Below, in pieces: positions 35,991-44,968 of a stretch of DNA of 50,742 bases. How positions within the stretch are numbered: the first letter of the stretch is position 1; the number at the start of each line of letters is the position of its first letter. Under the pieces are notes generated by a model. It ran no database searches. It saw nothing but the letters and a program-made list of their open reading frames with translations, and was not told the DNA's origin. The stretch comes from a bacterium. GTDB lineage: Bacteria; JAHJDO01. The position numbers and the translations under genes were made by a program. Location: positions 1 to 50,742 of the forward strand of contig JAUWOV010000001.1 of assembly GCA_030611945.1 (NCBI GenBank), read 5' to 3'.

Positions 35991-36611
35991 ATGATTAATA
36001 AAGCGAAATTAGGAGTTTTGGTCTCAGGCAGAGGATCTAATCTTCAGTCTATTATAGATAATATTGAAAAAGGGAAATTGAATGCGGAGATAGCTGTTGT
36101 TATAAGTGATGTAAAAGATGCGTACGTTCTGGAAAGAGCAAGAAAGCGTAATATAAAAGCTTGTTTTGTCAACACTAAAGATTTTAAAAACCGTGGCGGA
36201 TTTTTTGACGAAATAGGAAAGATTCTGAGACAAAACAGTGTTGAATATGTGATTCTTGCAGGATTTATGAGAATAATTTCTCTATCACTGATAAATGCAT
36301 ATAAAAATAGAATGTTAAATATTCATCCTGCCTTGCTTCCTTCTTTTCCAGGATTGTGGGTGCAGAAAAAAGCGCTGGAATATGGAGTGAAATACTCTGG
36401 CTGTACAGTGCATTTTGTTGATGAAGGATGTGATACAGGGCCTATAATTCTACAGGCAGTTGTTCCTGTGCTTGATAATGACACTGAGGAAACTCTGTCT
36501 CAGCGCATCCTCAAAGAAGAACATAGAATTTATCCTGAGGCTATTGATTTGGTTATAAATGGCAGGGTGAAGATTGTTGGAAGGAGAGTAATTAAAAAAG
36601 ATACAAAGTAA
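35991..36611 (+). CDS. purN: phosphoribosylglycinamide formyltransferase
   Basis: Motifs VLVSGRGSNLQSII, LAGFMRI, NIHPALLPSFPG and HFVDEGCDTGPII. Confidence 0.9.
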   Translation: MINKAKLGVLVSGRGSNLQSIIDNIEKGKLNAEIAVVISDVKDAYVLERARKRNIKACFVNTKDFKNRGGFFDEIGKILRQNSVEYVILAGFMRIISLSLINAYKNRMLNIHPALLPSFPGLWVQKKALEYGVKYSGCTVHFVDEGCDTGPIILQAVVPVLDNDTEETLSQRILKEEHRIYPEAIDLVINGRVKIVGRRVIKKDTK

Positions 36612-36642
36612 CAAAGGCACAGAGGCACAAAGTAGCAAAGGA
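36603..36642 (+). repeat. five degenerate tandem 8-mers (ACAAAGTA ACAAAGGC ACAGAGGC ACAAAGTA GCAAAGGA) between purN and tyrA
   Basis: Read directly from the sequence. The first unit overlaps the purN stop, and the array ends 8 nt before the tyrA ATG. Confidence 0.85.
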
Positions 36643-36650
36643 ATAAAAAG

Positions 36651-37517
36651 ATGAAAGAGAAGTTGTTTAAGAAAATCTGCATATTTGGTGTCGGGCTTAT
36701 TGGCGGTTCAATCGGCATGGCAATCAAAAAAAACGGGTTAGCTAACGAGGTTATTGGTGTTGGCAGAGATATTGAAAGGCTTAGAAAAGCTGTTTTAGCG
36801 GGAGCAGTTGATACAGTTACAACAGATTATACAGCAGAGGTTAAGGATGCGGATCTAATAATTCTGTCAATGCACATAAATTCCTCTCTTGAAGCTGCTA
36901 AAAAAATAGCGCCTTTTTTAAAAAAAGATGCAGTAGTTACTGACGTAGGAAGCACAAAAGAACTGTTTTGTAAGAAGATGCAGAAAGTATTACCTAATGG
37001 AATACATTTTGTTGGCGCGCATCCAATAGCAGGTTTAGAAAGACAGGGCGTTGATGTTGCAAATTCTGAATTGTTTAATGGAGCAGTGTGTGTGATTACA
37101 AAAACCTCAAAGACAAATAAAAATGCGCTCCTGAAAGTTAAAAAGCTATGGAATAAAGTAGGAGCAGATGTTGTGTTTTGCTCACCAAGTCAACATGATA
37201 AGCTTGTTGCTCTTACAAGTCATCTGCCTCATATAGCGGCTGTATCACTTGTTAATGTTTTGGGCAAAACAGACTCAATAGACAGAGATTTAAAACTTGT
37301 TGTTGGAAACGGGTTCAGGGATACAACCAGAATTGCTTCAAGTTCTCCAGAGATGTGGCAGGAGATATGTGCAACAAATAAAAAAAATATTTTAACTTCC
37401 CTCTCCAGATTCCGAAAATCACTGGACAGACTGTATAAACTAATAGCTGAATCTGACAGCAAAAAACTAACCAAAGAATTTGAAAAAGCTCAATCAATAA
37501 GAAAAAGAATTATTTAG
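36651..37517 (+). CDS. tyrA: prephenate dehydrogenase
   Basis: It has the NAD-binding segment IFGVGLIGGSIGMAI, plus VTDVGSTK, GAHPIAG and SPSQHDKLVALTSHLPH. Confidence 0.85.
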   Translation: MKEKLFKKICIFGVGLIGGSIGMAIKKNGLANEVIGVGRDIERLRKAVLAGAVDTVTTDYTAEVKDADLIILSMHINSSLEAAKKIAPFLKKDAVVTDVGSTKELFCKKMQKVLPNGIHFVGAHPIAGLERQGVDVANSELFNGAVCVITKTSKTNKNALLKVKKLWNKVGADVVFCSPSQHDKLVALTSHLPHIAAVSLVNVLGKTDSIDRDLKLVVGNGFRDTTRIASSSPEMWQEICATNKKNILTSLSRFRKSLDRLYKLIAESDSKKLTKEFEKAQSIRKRII

Positions 37518-37547
37518 TAAGTAATATTTTGCAAAGGATTGTCTCAG

Positions 37548-37946
37548 ATGAAGAAAAAATCTGTAGTTTTAATCAGTTTGTTATTGACACCTTTTGAGTC
37601 CAAATTGTTTAGCTCAATAAGGAACAAGAAAAATATAAGCAAAAAGAAAGAGATTATAAAGGGAATGGTTTGGCTCGTAATCCTAGCTGTATTTATATCG
37701 TATAACTGTATTATTATCGCTCCACTCTTTTCTGATAGGGGCATTTTGATAATACTGTTGTTTTTTATATGGAGTAGTTGTTTTCTATTAGTTTTCTGTG
37801 GTGTGCTCTTTACTTACTATAGGAGTTTAGTATTTAAACTAAGTCAAAAATTAAAGGAGAAAGAAACGCACACTTCCGAAAAGGAGATAAATGTTCAGAA
37901 TATGATTGGCCAGATTGGAGATGAAAAGGAAGACGAAAAGATATGA
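37548..37946 (+). CDS. small membrane protein, unknown function
   Basis: It has two to three hydrophobic helices and a charged C-terminal tail. The ATG at 37548 follows AAAGGA. The ORF track uses a TTG at 37539. Confidence 0.55.
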   Translation: MKKKSVVLISLLLTPFESKLFSSIRNKKNISKKKEIIKGMVWLVILAVFISYNCIIIAPLFSDRGILIILLFFIWSSCFLLVFCGVLFTYYRSLVFKLSQKLKEKETHTSEKEINVQNMIGQIGDEKEDEKI

Positions 37947-38329
37947 ATAATTTAGCAAAAGGAAATTTAAAAGGACTGTTGGCGATAGGCATGCTGGTTT
38001 TAGCAGGGTTTATTATTATCTTTACCTTTCAATTAAGAGGAGGTGGTTTAATTTTACCTTCTCTTATCTCAGTTTTTGGAGTTAAGTTCGGACTAATATT
38101 TACTGTCTTTCAGATTGGTTATTGTTATTATTTTTGTGAGAAGAAAGCCTTCTGGTGGATGACAGGCGGATTATTACTTGGGTTTGTTGGTGGTTATTTG
38201 AATGTAACAAAAATTCTTTTCCCCATCGGACCTCTTCCGCCTTATAGTCTTGGCAGAGCCGTTCTAATGATGGGAGGATGTGTGAGCGCAATAGTTATTG
38301 CAATTGGAGTTTTGAAAGGAAAGCTATGA
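37943..38329 (+). CDS. small polytopic membrane protein, unknown function
   Basis: It has four predicted hydrophobic helices rich in Gly. ATGA overlaps link it to both neighbours. Confidence 0.55.
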   Translation: MNNLAKGNLKGLLAIGMLVLAGFIIIFTFQLRGGGLILPSLISVFGVKFGLIFTVFQIGYCYYFCEKKAFWWMTGGLLLGFVGGYLNVTKILFPIGPLPPYSLGRAVLMMGGCVSAIVIAIGVLKGKL

Positions 38330-39666
38330 GAAAGATATTTGTTATGTTATCCATGGTGCTTATTTTAGCATCAGGATGTGGTAGATTTAATTCTTCTCCT
38401 CGTGTTTCTCGTTTTCAGGAGAGCAAGGTATCTTTTGCTTCACCATTATGCTTGACGAGCGGGAAACTTGGTTTTCTTAAACCACATCTTCTTCTGGACG
38501 ATGAAGGTGTTTTGTCCGCTGTATGGATAGATGAAGCAACGACCTTTATTGCAAAGTCTTTTAACGAAGGGGAAACATGGAATAAGCAAATTATATCTTC
38601 GGGTAAACAGAAAAGATATGAGTGGTGGCCGTTTTGTTTTAACAAGAACTTTCAGGGGGATTTATATTTAGTCCAGGCCTCAAACGGTATTTTTCTCTCT
38701 CATTCAAATGACAAAGGCAAAACATGGACAGGACCGGTTCAGGTAAATGACGATGCACGGAAATTCGCCTATTGTCGAAATCCGACCTTTGCCATAGATG
38801 ATAATGAAAACTTTTTTATTCTTTATACTAAAAGGAAAAAAATTGACGAGATAGACCCCTGGAAAAAAGAAGCAAAAGCGGGTCTTTATCTTTCTAAATC
38901 TTTGGATGGAGGAATCAGCTGGAGTGAAAGTGTTCTCCTGAAAGACATAATTTATACAGGTCCAACTGATTTTCCATCTTTATTAAGTTATAAAAATATT
39001 CTTTATCTCACTTATGGTGATTCTATTTATAAATCTATAGACAAGGGACAAAATTGGAAAAGGATATTGAGATTAAAAAGTAAATTTGGAAATATAAAAA
39101 TTATTATGAGGAATGATTCTCATGGTAATATCTATATTGCCAGGGCACGACGAAAGGTAACGAAAGATAAGACAGGAATGTTAGGAGGAGGCAAAAAAAC
39201 AGGTTTTGTGGATATTTGTTTTTCCAAATCTATTAATGCTGGTCGCAGTTGGACTCCTCCGGTTCATATGAATGACACCAAACTTCTTTTTGAATGGAAG
39301 ATGGCGCCTATTAACATAACCGGCACAGAAAAAATGAAATACCTTACCCAGGAAACAAGAGAGGCAACGCCTTTTGATATAGCGGTTAGCGAGAATGGTG
39401 AAATAATCGGCATAATCTGGAAGGATTGGCGGAGCGGAAAAGGAGAACTTTATTTTTCATATTCACTGGACAGCGGAGAAAGCTGGTCTAAGAATGTACG
39501 AGTAAATGATGATTCTTCTCTGCCGATGAAAGTTGGTTCTCTGATTATTAAGGATAATAGTTCAGTCTATGTTCTCTGGACAAATCTTGGTTCTCACAAA
39601 TCTATCCCCGGTGGTTTTGTTGGGGATGTGAATCTTTATTTTTCTTCCGGTAGATTGGGAAAGTGA
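38326..39666 (+). CDS. BNR/Asp-box repeat (sialidase-like beta-propeller) lipoprotein
   Basis: The lipobox is MLSMVLILASGC. Six Asp-box-like motifs are present: SFNEGETW, SNDKGKTW, SLDGGISW, SIDKGQNW, SINAGRSW and SLDSGESW. A start at 38326 (ATGA overlap) is preferred over the ORF-track start at 38278. Confidence 0.75.
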   Translation: MRKIFVMLSMVLILASGCGRFNSSPRVSRFQESKVSFASPLCLTSGKLGFLKPHLLLDDEGVLSAVWIDEATTFIAKSFNEGETWNKQIISSGKQKRYEWWPFCFNKNFQGDLYLVQASNGIFLSHSNDKGKTWTGPVQVNDDARKFAYCRNPTFAIDDNENFFILYTKRKKIDEIDPWKKEAKAGLYLSKSLDGGISWSESVLLKDIIYTGPTDFPSLLSYKNILYLTYGDSIYKSIDKGQNWKRILRLKSKFGNIKIIMRNDSHGNIYIARARRKVTKDKTGMLGGGKKTGFVDICFSKSINAGRSWTPPVHMNDTKLLFEWKMAPINITGTEKMKYLTQETREATPFDIAVSENGEIIGIIWKDWRSGKGELYFSYSLDSGESWSKNVRVNDDSSLPMKVGSLIIKDNSSVYVLWTNLGSHKSIPGGFVGDVNLYFSSGRLGK

Positions 39667-39667
39667 A

Positions 39668-41005
39668 ATGCGCTCAATAATAGTAAAACCAGTAAATAAA
39701 TTATCCGGCACTATTTGTGTTCCCGGAGATAAATCAATTTCTCATCGTGCTGTCATTCTTGGCTCTCTTACAAAAGGGACAACAAGAGTAACAGGGTTTC
39801 TTGAGAGCGAAGACTGTATGAGAACAGTTAAAATCTTCAGGCAGTTGGGTGTTGATATAGTTGTAAGTGGAAATGAGGTAGTGATAACTTCGGGTGGTCT
39901 CCATGGACTAAAAGAACCAAAGGGAGACTTATACGCAGGCAACTCCGGAACGACAATGAGGCTTATGCTTGGAGTTCTGGCAGGTCAGAAGTTTACTTCA
40001 AGAATTACGGGTGATGATTCTCTTTGTAAAAGACCTATGCAAAGGATTACAGAGCCATTAAGAGGTATGGGGGCTAAAATTACAGGTACAGTTAAAAATG
40101 ATGGTGAATATGCTCCTATTGTTGTTTCTGGAGGAGATCTTTCAGGAATAGACCATAAATCAGTTTTAGTTGCAAGCGCGCAGGTAAAATCCGCAATTCT
40201 TTTAGCAGGTTTATATGCAAAAGGGGAAACTTCGGTTTTGGAATTTTCTAAATCACGAGATCATACTGAAAGAATGCTCAAATATTTTGGTTCAGATTTG
40301 AAAGTAGATGAAAACAAGGTATCAATAAATGGAGAGGGACATTTAATGTCTAAAGATATAGTTGTGCCTGGAGATATATCTTCTGCCGCCTTTTTTATGG
40401 TAGCTGCTTCATGTTTAGAAGGCTCAGAAGTTACAATAAAGAATGTAGGAGTGAATCCTACCCGGACAGGTATAATTGATGTAATGAAAGATATGAAAGC
40501 AAACATAGAATTGAAAAATGAAAAGACAATTTCAGAAGAACCTCGGGCAGATATTCTTGTTAAAAGCAGCAGACTTAAAGGAATTACTATTGAACCTAGT
40601 GAGATACCAAGAATAATTGATGAAATTCCAATAATTGCAGTTGCTGCCGCATTTGCGCAGGGAGAAACTATAATTAAGGGAGTCTCTGAATTGAAAGTTA
40701 AAGAAAGTAACAGGCTCATGGCAATTCGGGACCTATTTCACTACTTCGAAATGAGGCTCAATGATTGCAGTTCTAAAAGACTGGTTATTCCAGGAGATCA
40801 AGATACGAAACCCAAAACCTTTCCCGGAGCCGTATGTAACAGCCTTGGAGATCATCGAATAGCTATGACTGGAATTATTATGGGACTAATGGCAAAAGGG
40901 GAAACGATTGTATATGATACAGATTGTATTAATACGTCTTTTCCTAACTTTATAGAAATATTAAAGGAAGTGACTCCTGAAGGAACGATTAAAGTTGAGA
41001 AATAA
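39668..41005 (+). CDS. aroA: 3-phosphoshikimate 1-carboxyvinyltransferase (EPSP synthase)
   Basis: Motifs PGDKSISHRAVILG, AGNSGTTMRLMLG, KSAILLAGL, VKESNRL and GDHRIAM. Confidence 0.9.
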   Translation: MRSIIVKPVNKLSGTICVPGDKSISHRAVILGSLTKGTTRVTGFLESEDCMRTVKIFRQLGVDIVVSGNEVVITSGGLHGLKEPKGDLYAGNSGTTMRLMLGVLAGQKFTSRITGDDSLCKRPMQRITEPLRGMGAKITGTVKNDGEYAPIVVSGGDLSGIDHKSVLVASAQVKSAILLAGLYAKGETSVLEFSKSRDHTERMLKYFGSDLKVDENKVSINGEGHLMSKDIVVPGDISSAAFFMVAASCLEGSEVTIKNVGVNPTRTGIIDVMKDMKANIELKNEKTISEEPRADILVKSSRLKGITIEPSEIPRIIDEIPIIAVAAAFAQGETIIKGVSELKVKESNRLMAIRDLFHYFEMRLNDCSSKRLVIPGDQDTKPKTFPGAVCNSLGDHRIAMTGIIMGLMAKGETIVYDTDCINTSFPNFIEILKEVTPEGTIKVEK

Positions 41006-41657
41006 GATAACTATAGCTATTGACGGCCCTGCCGGTTCAGGTAAAAGCAGTGTTTCAAAGATTATTGCAAAAAGATTAGGGCTTTTATATGTAGATACAG
41101 GCGCTATGTACAGAGCCTTGACACTTAAGGCTATGAGAAATGGTATTGACCTGGGAAAAGAGACAGATCTGGCAGGACTCGCGCATAATACTGAAATTGA
41201 GCTAACCCATAAGGAAGAGGGGACTGTTGTTTTACTTGACGGACAAGATGTAACAGAAAAAATAAGAGGAACTGATGTAACAAATAATGTCTTTTATCTT
41301 GCCAGGGCAGAAGGGGTAAGAGAGTGTATGAAGAGGCTGCAGAGGAAAATTGCAGAAAAGGGTGATGTCGTAATGGAAGGACGGGATATCACAACAGTTA
41401 TATTGCCTGATGCAGACTATAAGTTTTATCTGGATGCTTCTTTTGAGGAGCGTGTGAAGAGGCGCAGAAAAGAGTTAGAGCAAAATGGCAAACAATTTGT
41501 GGAATCAGAACTTTCAAAAGATATAAAAATACGAGACAAAAAAGATTTGACAAGAAAGATAGCGCCTTTAAGAAAAGCAGAGGATGCTATTGTTGTTGAC
41601 TCAACAGGAATGAGTTTGGAAGAGGAAGCAGAAGCAGTCATATCCTACGTAAAATGA
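40995..41657 (+). CDS. cmk: cytidylate kinase
   Basis: Motifs are IAIDGPAGSGKSSVSK, YVDTGAMYRA and EGRDITTVILPDA. It uses a TTG start overlapping the aroA end. Confidence 0.9.
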   Translation: MRNKITIAIDGPAGSGKSSVSKIIAKRLGLLYVDTGAMYRALTLKAMRNGIDLGKETDLAGLAHNTEIELTHKEEGTVVLLDGQDVTEKIRGTDVTNNVFYLARAEGVRECMKRLQRKIAEKGDVVMEGRDITTVILPDADYKFYLDASFEERVKRRRKELEQNGKQFVESELSKDIKIRDKKDLTRKIAPLRKAEDAIVVDSTGMSLEEEAEAVISYVK

Positions 41658-42262
41658 TATATACAATAGCTAAAGCAATTTCATATATTTTCTGTAAGAT
41701 CTATTTCAGATTAGAAGTAGAAGGCGCTGATAATGTTCCTGAAAAAGATGGGGTGTTAGTTGCTTCAAATCATAGCAGTTTTCTGGACCCTGTTATTGTA
41801 GGAGTTGGAATATCCAGACAAACTTATTACCTGACAAAACAGAACTTGTTTAAGATCCCTATATTTGGATTGCTAATCAAAGCCTTGCATACTATTCCAG
41901 TAAGGCGTGAGCAGGTGAGCGTCTCTACATTTAAGGAACTAATTAAATCCCTAAATGCAAAGAAAGCTATCATTTTATTTCCGGAAGGAACAAGAAGTAT
42001 AGATGGGAAACTAGGCCAAGGAAAGATGGGTATAGGTATGCTTGCTTTAAAAGCAGATGTTCCCATTGTACCTGCCTATATAGATGGAGCAGTAAAGGCT
42101 TTTCCTAAAAATGGAAAATGGATACATCCAAAGAAGATTAGAGTTATATTTGGCAAGCCAATTGTGCCTAATAGTAAAGACCCAAGTAAGAATAACTATC
42201 AAAAAATAAGCGCCCAAGTGATGGAGTCTATAAATCGTTTAAAAGAAAATATAGCTTGCTAA
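41654..42262 (+). CDS. plsC: 1-acyl-sn-glycerol-3-phosphate acyltransferase
   Basis: It has NHSSFLDP (HX4D) and FPEGTRS motifs. An ATGA overlap links it to cmk. Confidence 0.85.
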   Translation: MIYTIAKAISYIFCKIYFRLEVEGADNVPEKDGVLVASNHSSFLDPVIVGVGISRQTYYLTKQNLFKIPIFGLLIKALHTIPVRREQVSVSTFKELIKSLNAKKAIILFPEGTRSIDGKLGQGKMGIGMLALKADVPIVPAYIDGAVKAFPKNGKWIHPKKIRVIFGKPIVPNSKDPSKNNYQKISAQVMESINRLKENIAC

Positions 42263-42335
42263 TAGGGAAACAGTCTGCTATTTTATGAAAATGATTTTTA
42301 GGAAATTTTGAAATAATAAGGAGGATTTTAGTTTA

Positions 42336-43958
42336 ATGCAGAAGACTAAGGAAGATTTAGAAGCACTGTATGAGCAGAGTTTTAAAAATATTAAAAAGGG
42401 AGATGTTGTAAAGGGCAAAATTATTGAAATAGGACGAAATGAGGTAGTAGTGGATATAGGGTATAAATCTGAAGGAGTAATCCCTCTTACGGAATTTAAG
42501 GATGCATCTAAGCTGAAGGTTGGAGATGAGACAGACGTTTTACTTGAAAAAATTGAAGATGAATCAGGCTCAGTAGTCTTGTCAAAAGAAAAAGCCGGTG
42601 AAATGAAGTTTTGGAGCGATATCGCGGCAGCGTTTTCAGAAGAAAAAAGCGTTACAGGCAAACTGGTAAGAAGGATAAAAGGCGGGTTTTCTGTAGATAT
42701 CGGAGTTGAGGGATTTTTGCCTACTTCACAGTCAGACATCAAGATAATTGCTGATTTCGAAAATATGCTTAGAAAAGATTTAGAGTTTAAAATTATAAAA
42801 TTGAATAAAATGCGTAGAAATGTTGTGGTTTCTCGTAACGCATTGTTTAAGAAGACACAAGTAGAGGATAAAGAAAAACTTTTTGGAGAGCTAAAGGAAG
42901 GACAGATTAGAAAAGGATTCATTAAAAATATAACGGATTTTGGAGCCTTTGTTGACCTTGGAGGGATTGATGGATTGCTTCATATAACGGATATATCATG
43001 GGGGCGTGTATCGCATCCCTCAGATGTGCTTTCTCTTGGACAGGAGATAGAAGTTATGATTTTGTCAATTGATAAAGAGAAGAATAGAGTATCTCTCGGC
43101 CTAAAGCAGAAAGCTACCAATCCATGGTTAGATATAGATAAAAAATATTCTGTTGGTTCAAAGGTTAAGGGAAAAGTAGTGAATATTACTGCTTATGGCG
43201 CTTTTGTTGAATTAGAAGAGGGAATAGAGGGCTTAATGCATATATCTCAGATGTCATGGACTAAAAAGATTATGCATCCCTCTGAGGTTGTAAATATGGG
43301 AGATGTAGTAGAAGCTATTGTTTTAAGTCTTGAAGAGGGAGAGGAAAAAATCTCCTTAGGGATAAAACAGTTAGAAGCAAATCCATGGGAAAAGGTAGAA
43401 GAAAAATATCCTGTTGGAGCAAAGATTAAAGGCACAGTTAGAAACATAACTGATTATGGCGTGTTTGTTGAAATAGAAGAAGGGATAGATGGGCTGGTAC
43501 ATATCTCAGATTTATCATGGTCTACGAGAGCAAATGATCCGTCGAAAATGTTTAAGAAAGATGATGAGATAGAAGTTGTTGTGTTATCTATAGACCCCGG
43601 TAACAGAAAAATCTCTCTGGGTGTAAAACAGCTTACATCTGATCCTTGGGAAGAGTTATCTGATAAATATAAAGATGGGATGGATGTAGAGTGTGGAGTA
43701 ATAAAGATAACTAAGTTTGGCGTTTTTGTTGAGCTTGAGCAAGGAGTAGAAGGTTTGATTCACGTTTCAGAACTGTCAGAAGGAGAAAATTTAGAGAAGA
43801 AGTATGAAATTGGCGCGAGAATCACTGCTAGAATAGTTAAAATTGATTTACAAGGAAGGAAGATAGGACTAAGTTTAAAGGCTAAATCCGAAGCACAAAG
43901 CACAAAATCCGAAACAATATCAAATAACAAAAATACAAATGCTCAAAACGATGTTTAG
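42336..43958 (+). CDS. rpsA: 30S ribosomal protein S1 (six S1 domains) with a repeat-derived C-terminal tail
   Basis: Repeated G.V....FGAFV.L..G..GL.HIS blocks occur six times. The last ~25 codons and the stop lie inside the palindromic repeat element at 43884-44017. Confidence 0.9.
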   Translation: MQKTKEDLEALYEQSFKNIKKGDVVKGKIIEIGRNEVVVDIGYKSEGVIPLTEFKDASKLKVGDETDVLLEKIEDESGSVVLSKEKAGEMKFWSDIAAAFSEEKSVTGKLVRRIKGGFSVDIGVEGFLPTSQSDIKIIADFENMLRKDLEFKIIKLNKMRRNVVVSRNALFKKTQVEDKEKLFGELKEGQIRKGFIKNITDFGAFVDLGGIDGLLHITDISWGRVSHPSDVLSLGQEIEVMILSIDKEKNRVSLGLKQKATNPWLDIDKKYSVGSKVKGKVVNITAYGAFVELEEGIEGLMHISQMSWTKKIMHPSEVVNMGDVVEAIVLSLEEGEEKISLGIKQLEANPWEKVEEKYPVGAKIKGTVRNITDYGVFVEIEEGIDGLVHISDLSWSTRANDPSKMFKKDDEIEVVVLSIDPGNRKISLGVKQLTSDPWEELSDKYKDGMDVECGVIKITKFGVFVELEQGVEGLIHVSELSEGENLEKKYEIGARITARIVKIDLQGRKIGLSLKAKSEAQSTKSETISNNKNTNAQNDV

Positions 43959-44017
43959 AATTTTGAAAATTAGGATTTTAGATTTGTTTTGGGTTTAGAT
44001 ATTAGGATTTCGGATTT
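43884..44017. repeat. imperfect-palindromic ~135-nt repeat element, copy A (MITE/REP-like)
   Basis: Its outer arms are AAATCCGAAACAATATC ... GATATTAGGATTTCGGATTT. The core CAATATCAAATAACAAAAATACAAATGCTCAAAACGATGTTTAGAATTTTGAAAATT matches the reverse complement of 49672-49728 with 3 mismatches by hand alignment. Confidence 0.8.
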
Positions 44018-44022
44018 GTTTA

Positions 44023-44937
44023 ATGATGATAGTTTTTTTCGTTCTAATATTTAGTTTATGCATAGGTAGTTTTTTAAATGTATGTATTTATCGAATCCCC
44101 AGGCAAAAGTCTATAGTATTTCCTCCGTCTCTATGTCCAAAATGCAGTAAGAGTATAAAGTGGTTCGATAATATCCCGTTAATAAGCTATGTTCTGCTTA
44201 GAGGCAGATGCAGGTTTTGCAAAGAAAAGATATCCGCGCAGTATTTTATTGTTGAACTTCTCACAGGAGTGCTATTACTGTTATTGTATTTTAAATTTGG
44301 CATTAGTACAAAGTTCTTTATATATTCGCTTCTTTTTGCAGTATTTATAGTTGTTTCTTTTATAGATATTGAGTGGATGCTTATTCCTGATTTCTTCTCT
44401 CTTTTTGGAATTGCGTTCGGACTTTTAATAAGTTTCCTCTATCCTCCATTAATGAATTCAGCATCAAATCTTGAAGCTTTCCTGAGATCCTTAGGAGGGG
44501 CTTTATTTGGTGGATTAAGTCTTACATGTGTTGCCTTTTTTGGCTGGTTTATTTTTAAAAAGGAGGCAATGGGAGGTGGGGATATCAAGTTGATAGCAAT
44601 GATAGGAGCATTTATTGGATGGCAATATACTTTAATGACTCTTTTTATATCATTTCTTGCAGGTGCGTTTTTTGGAGTAAGCTTTCTAATTATAGTAGCG
44701 ATAGAAAGAGTAGGTGCAACACTTAAGAGAATAAAAAGAAAGAGTAAGGAACTCACCAAGAGACAATTTTATTTCATAGTTCCAGCTAAGAGTCTGATTC
44801 ATCAGTTGAATCGTAGAAGAGGAACTGCAATACCATTTGGTCCATATATTGTTCTTGGAGCGATTTTATCTATATTATATGGAGATAAACTTCTTAACAT
44901 TTATCCCATTATTCTCCAGAAGATATGGGGTATGTAA
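44023..44937 (+). CDS. pilD: prepilin peptidase (A24 family, PilD-like)
   Basis: It has an N-terminal Cys4 motif (CPKCSKSI...CRFCKEKI), catalytic Asp contexts SFIDIEW and MGGGDIKL, and a C-terminal IPFGPY. Confidence 0.85.
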   Translation: MMIVFFVLIFSLCIGSFLNVCIYRIPRQKSIVFPPSLCPKCSKSIKWFDNIPLISYVLLRGRCRFCKEKISAQYFIVELLTGVLLLLLYFKFGISTKFFIYSLLFAVFIVVSFIDIEWMLIPDFFSLFGIAFGLLISFLYPPLMNSASNLEAFLRSLGGALFGGLSLTCVAFFGWFIFKKEAMGGGDIKLIAMIGAFIGWQYTLMTLFISFLAGAFFGVSFLIIVAIERVGATLKRIKRKSKELTKRQFYFIVPAKSLIHQLNRRRGTAIPFGPYIVLGAILSILYGDKLLNIYPIILQKIWGM

Positions 44938-44968
44938 GTAAGATTTCCAATTAAATCAAAAATAATCC

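Noticed and set aside
42278-42922. A 214-aa minus-strand ORF antisense to rpsA. Similar long antisense ORFs lie at 11274-11786, 24140-24610, 27563-27997, 40261-40719, 673-1065 and many shorter ones in the track.
   Set aside because: Each lies entirely inside a confidently identified gene on the other strand. They have low-complexity S/F/I-rich translations and no RBS or family resemblance. They are typical shadow ORFs of AT-rich genomes.
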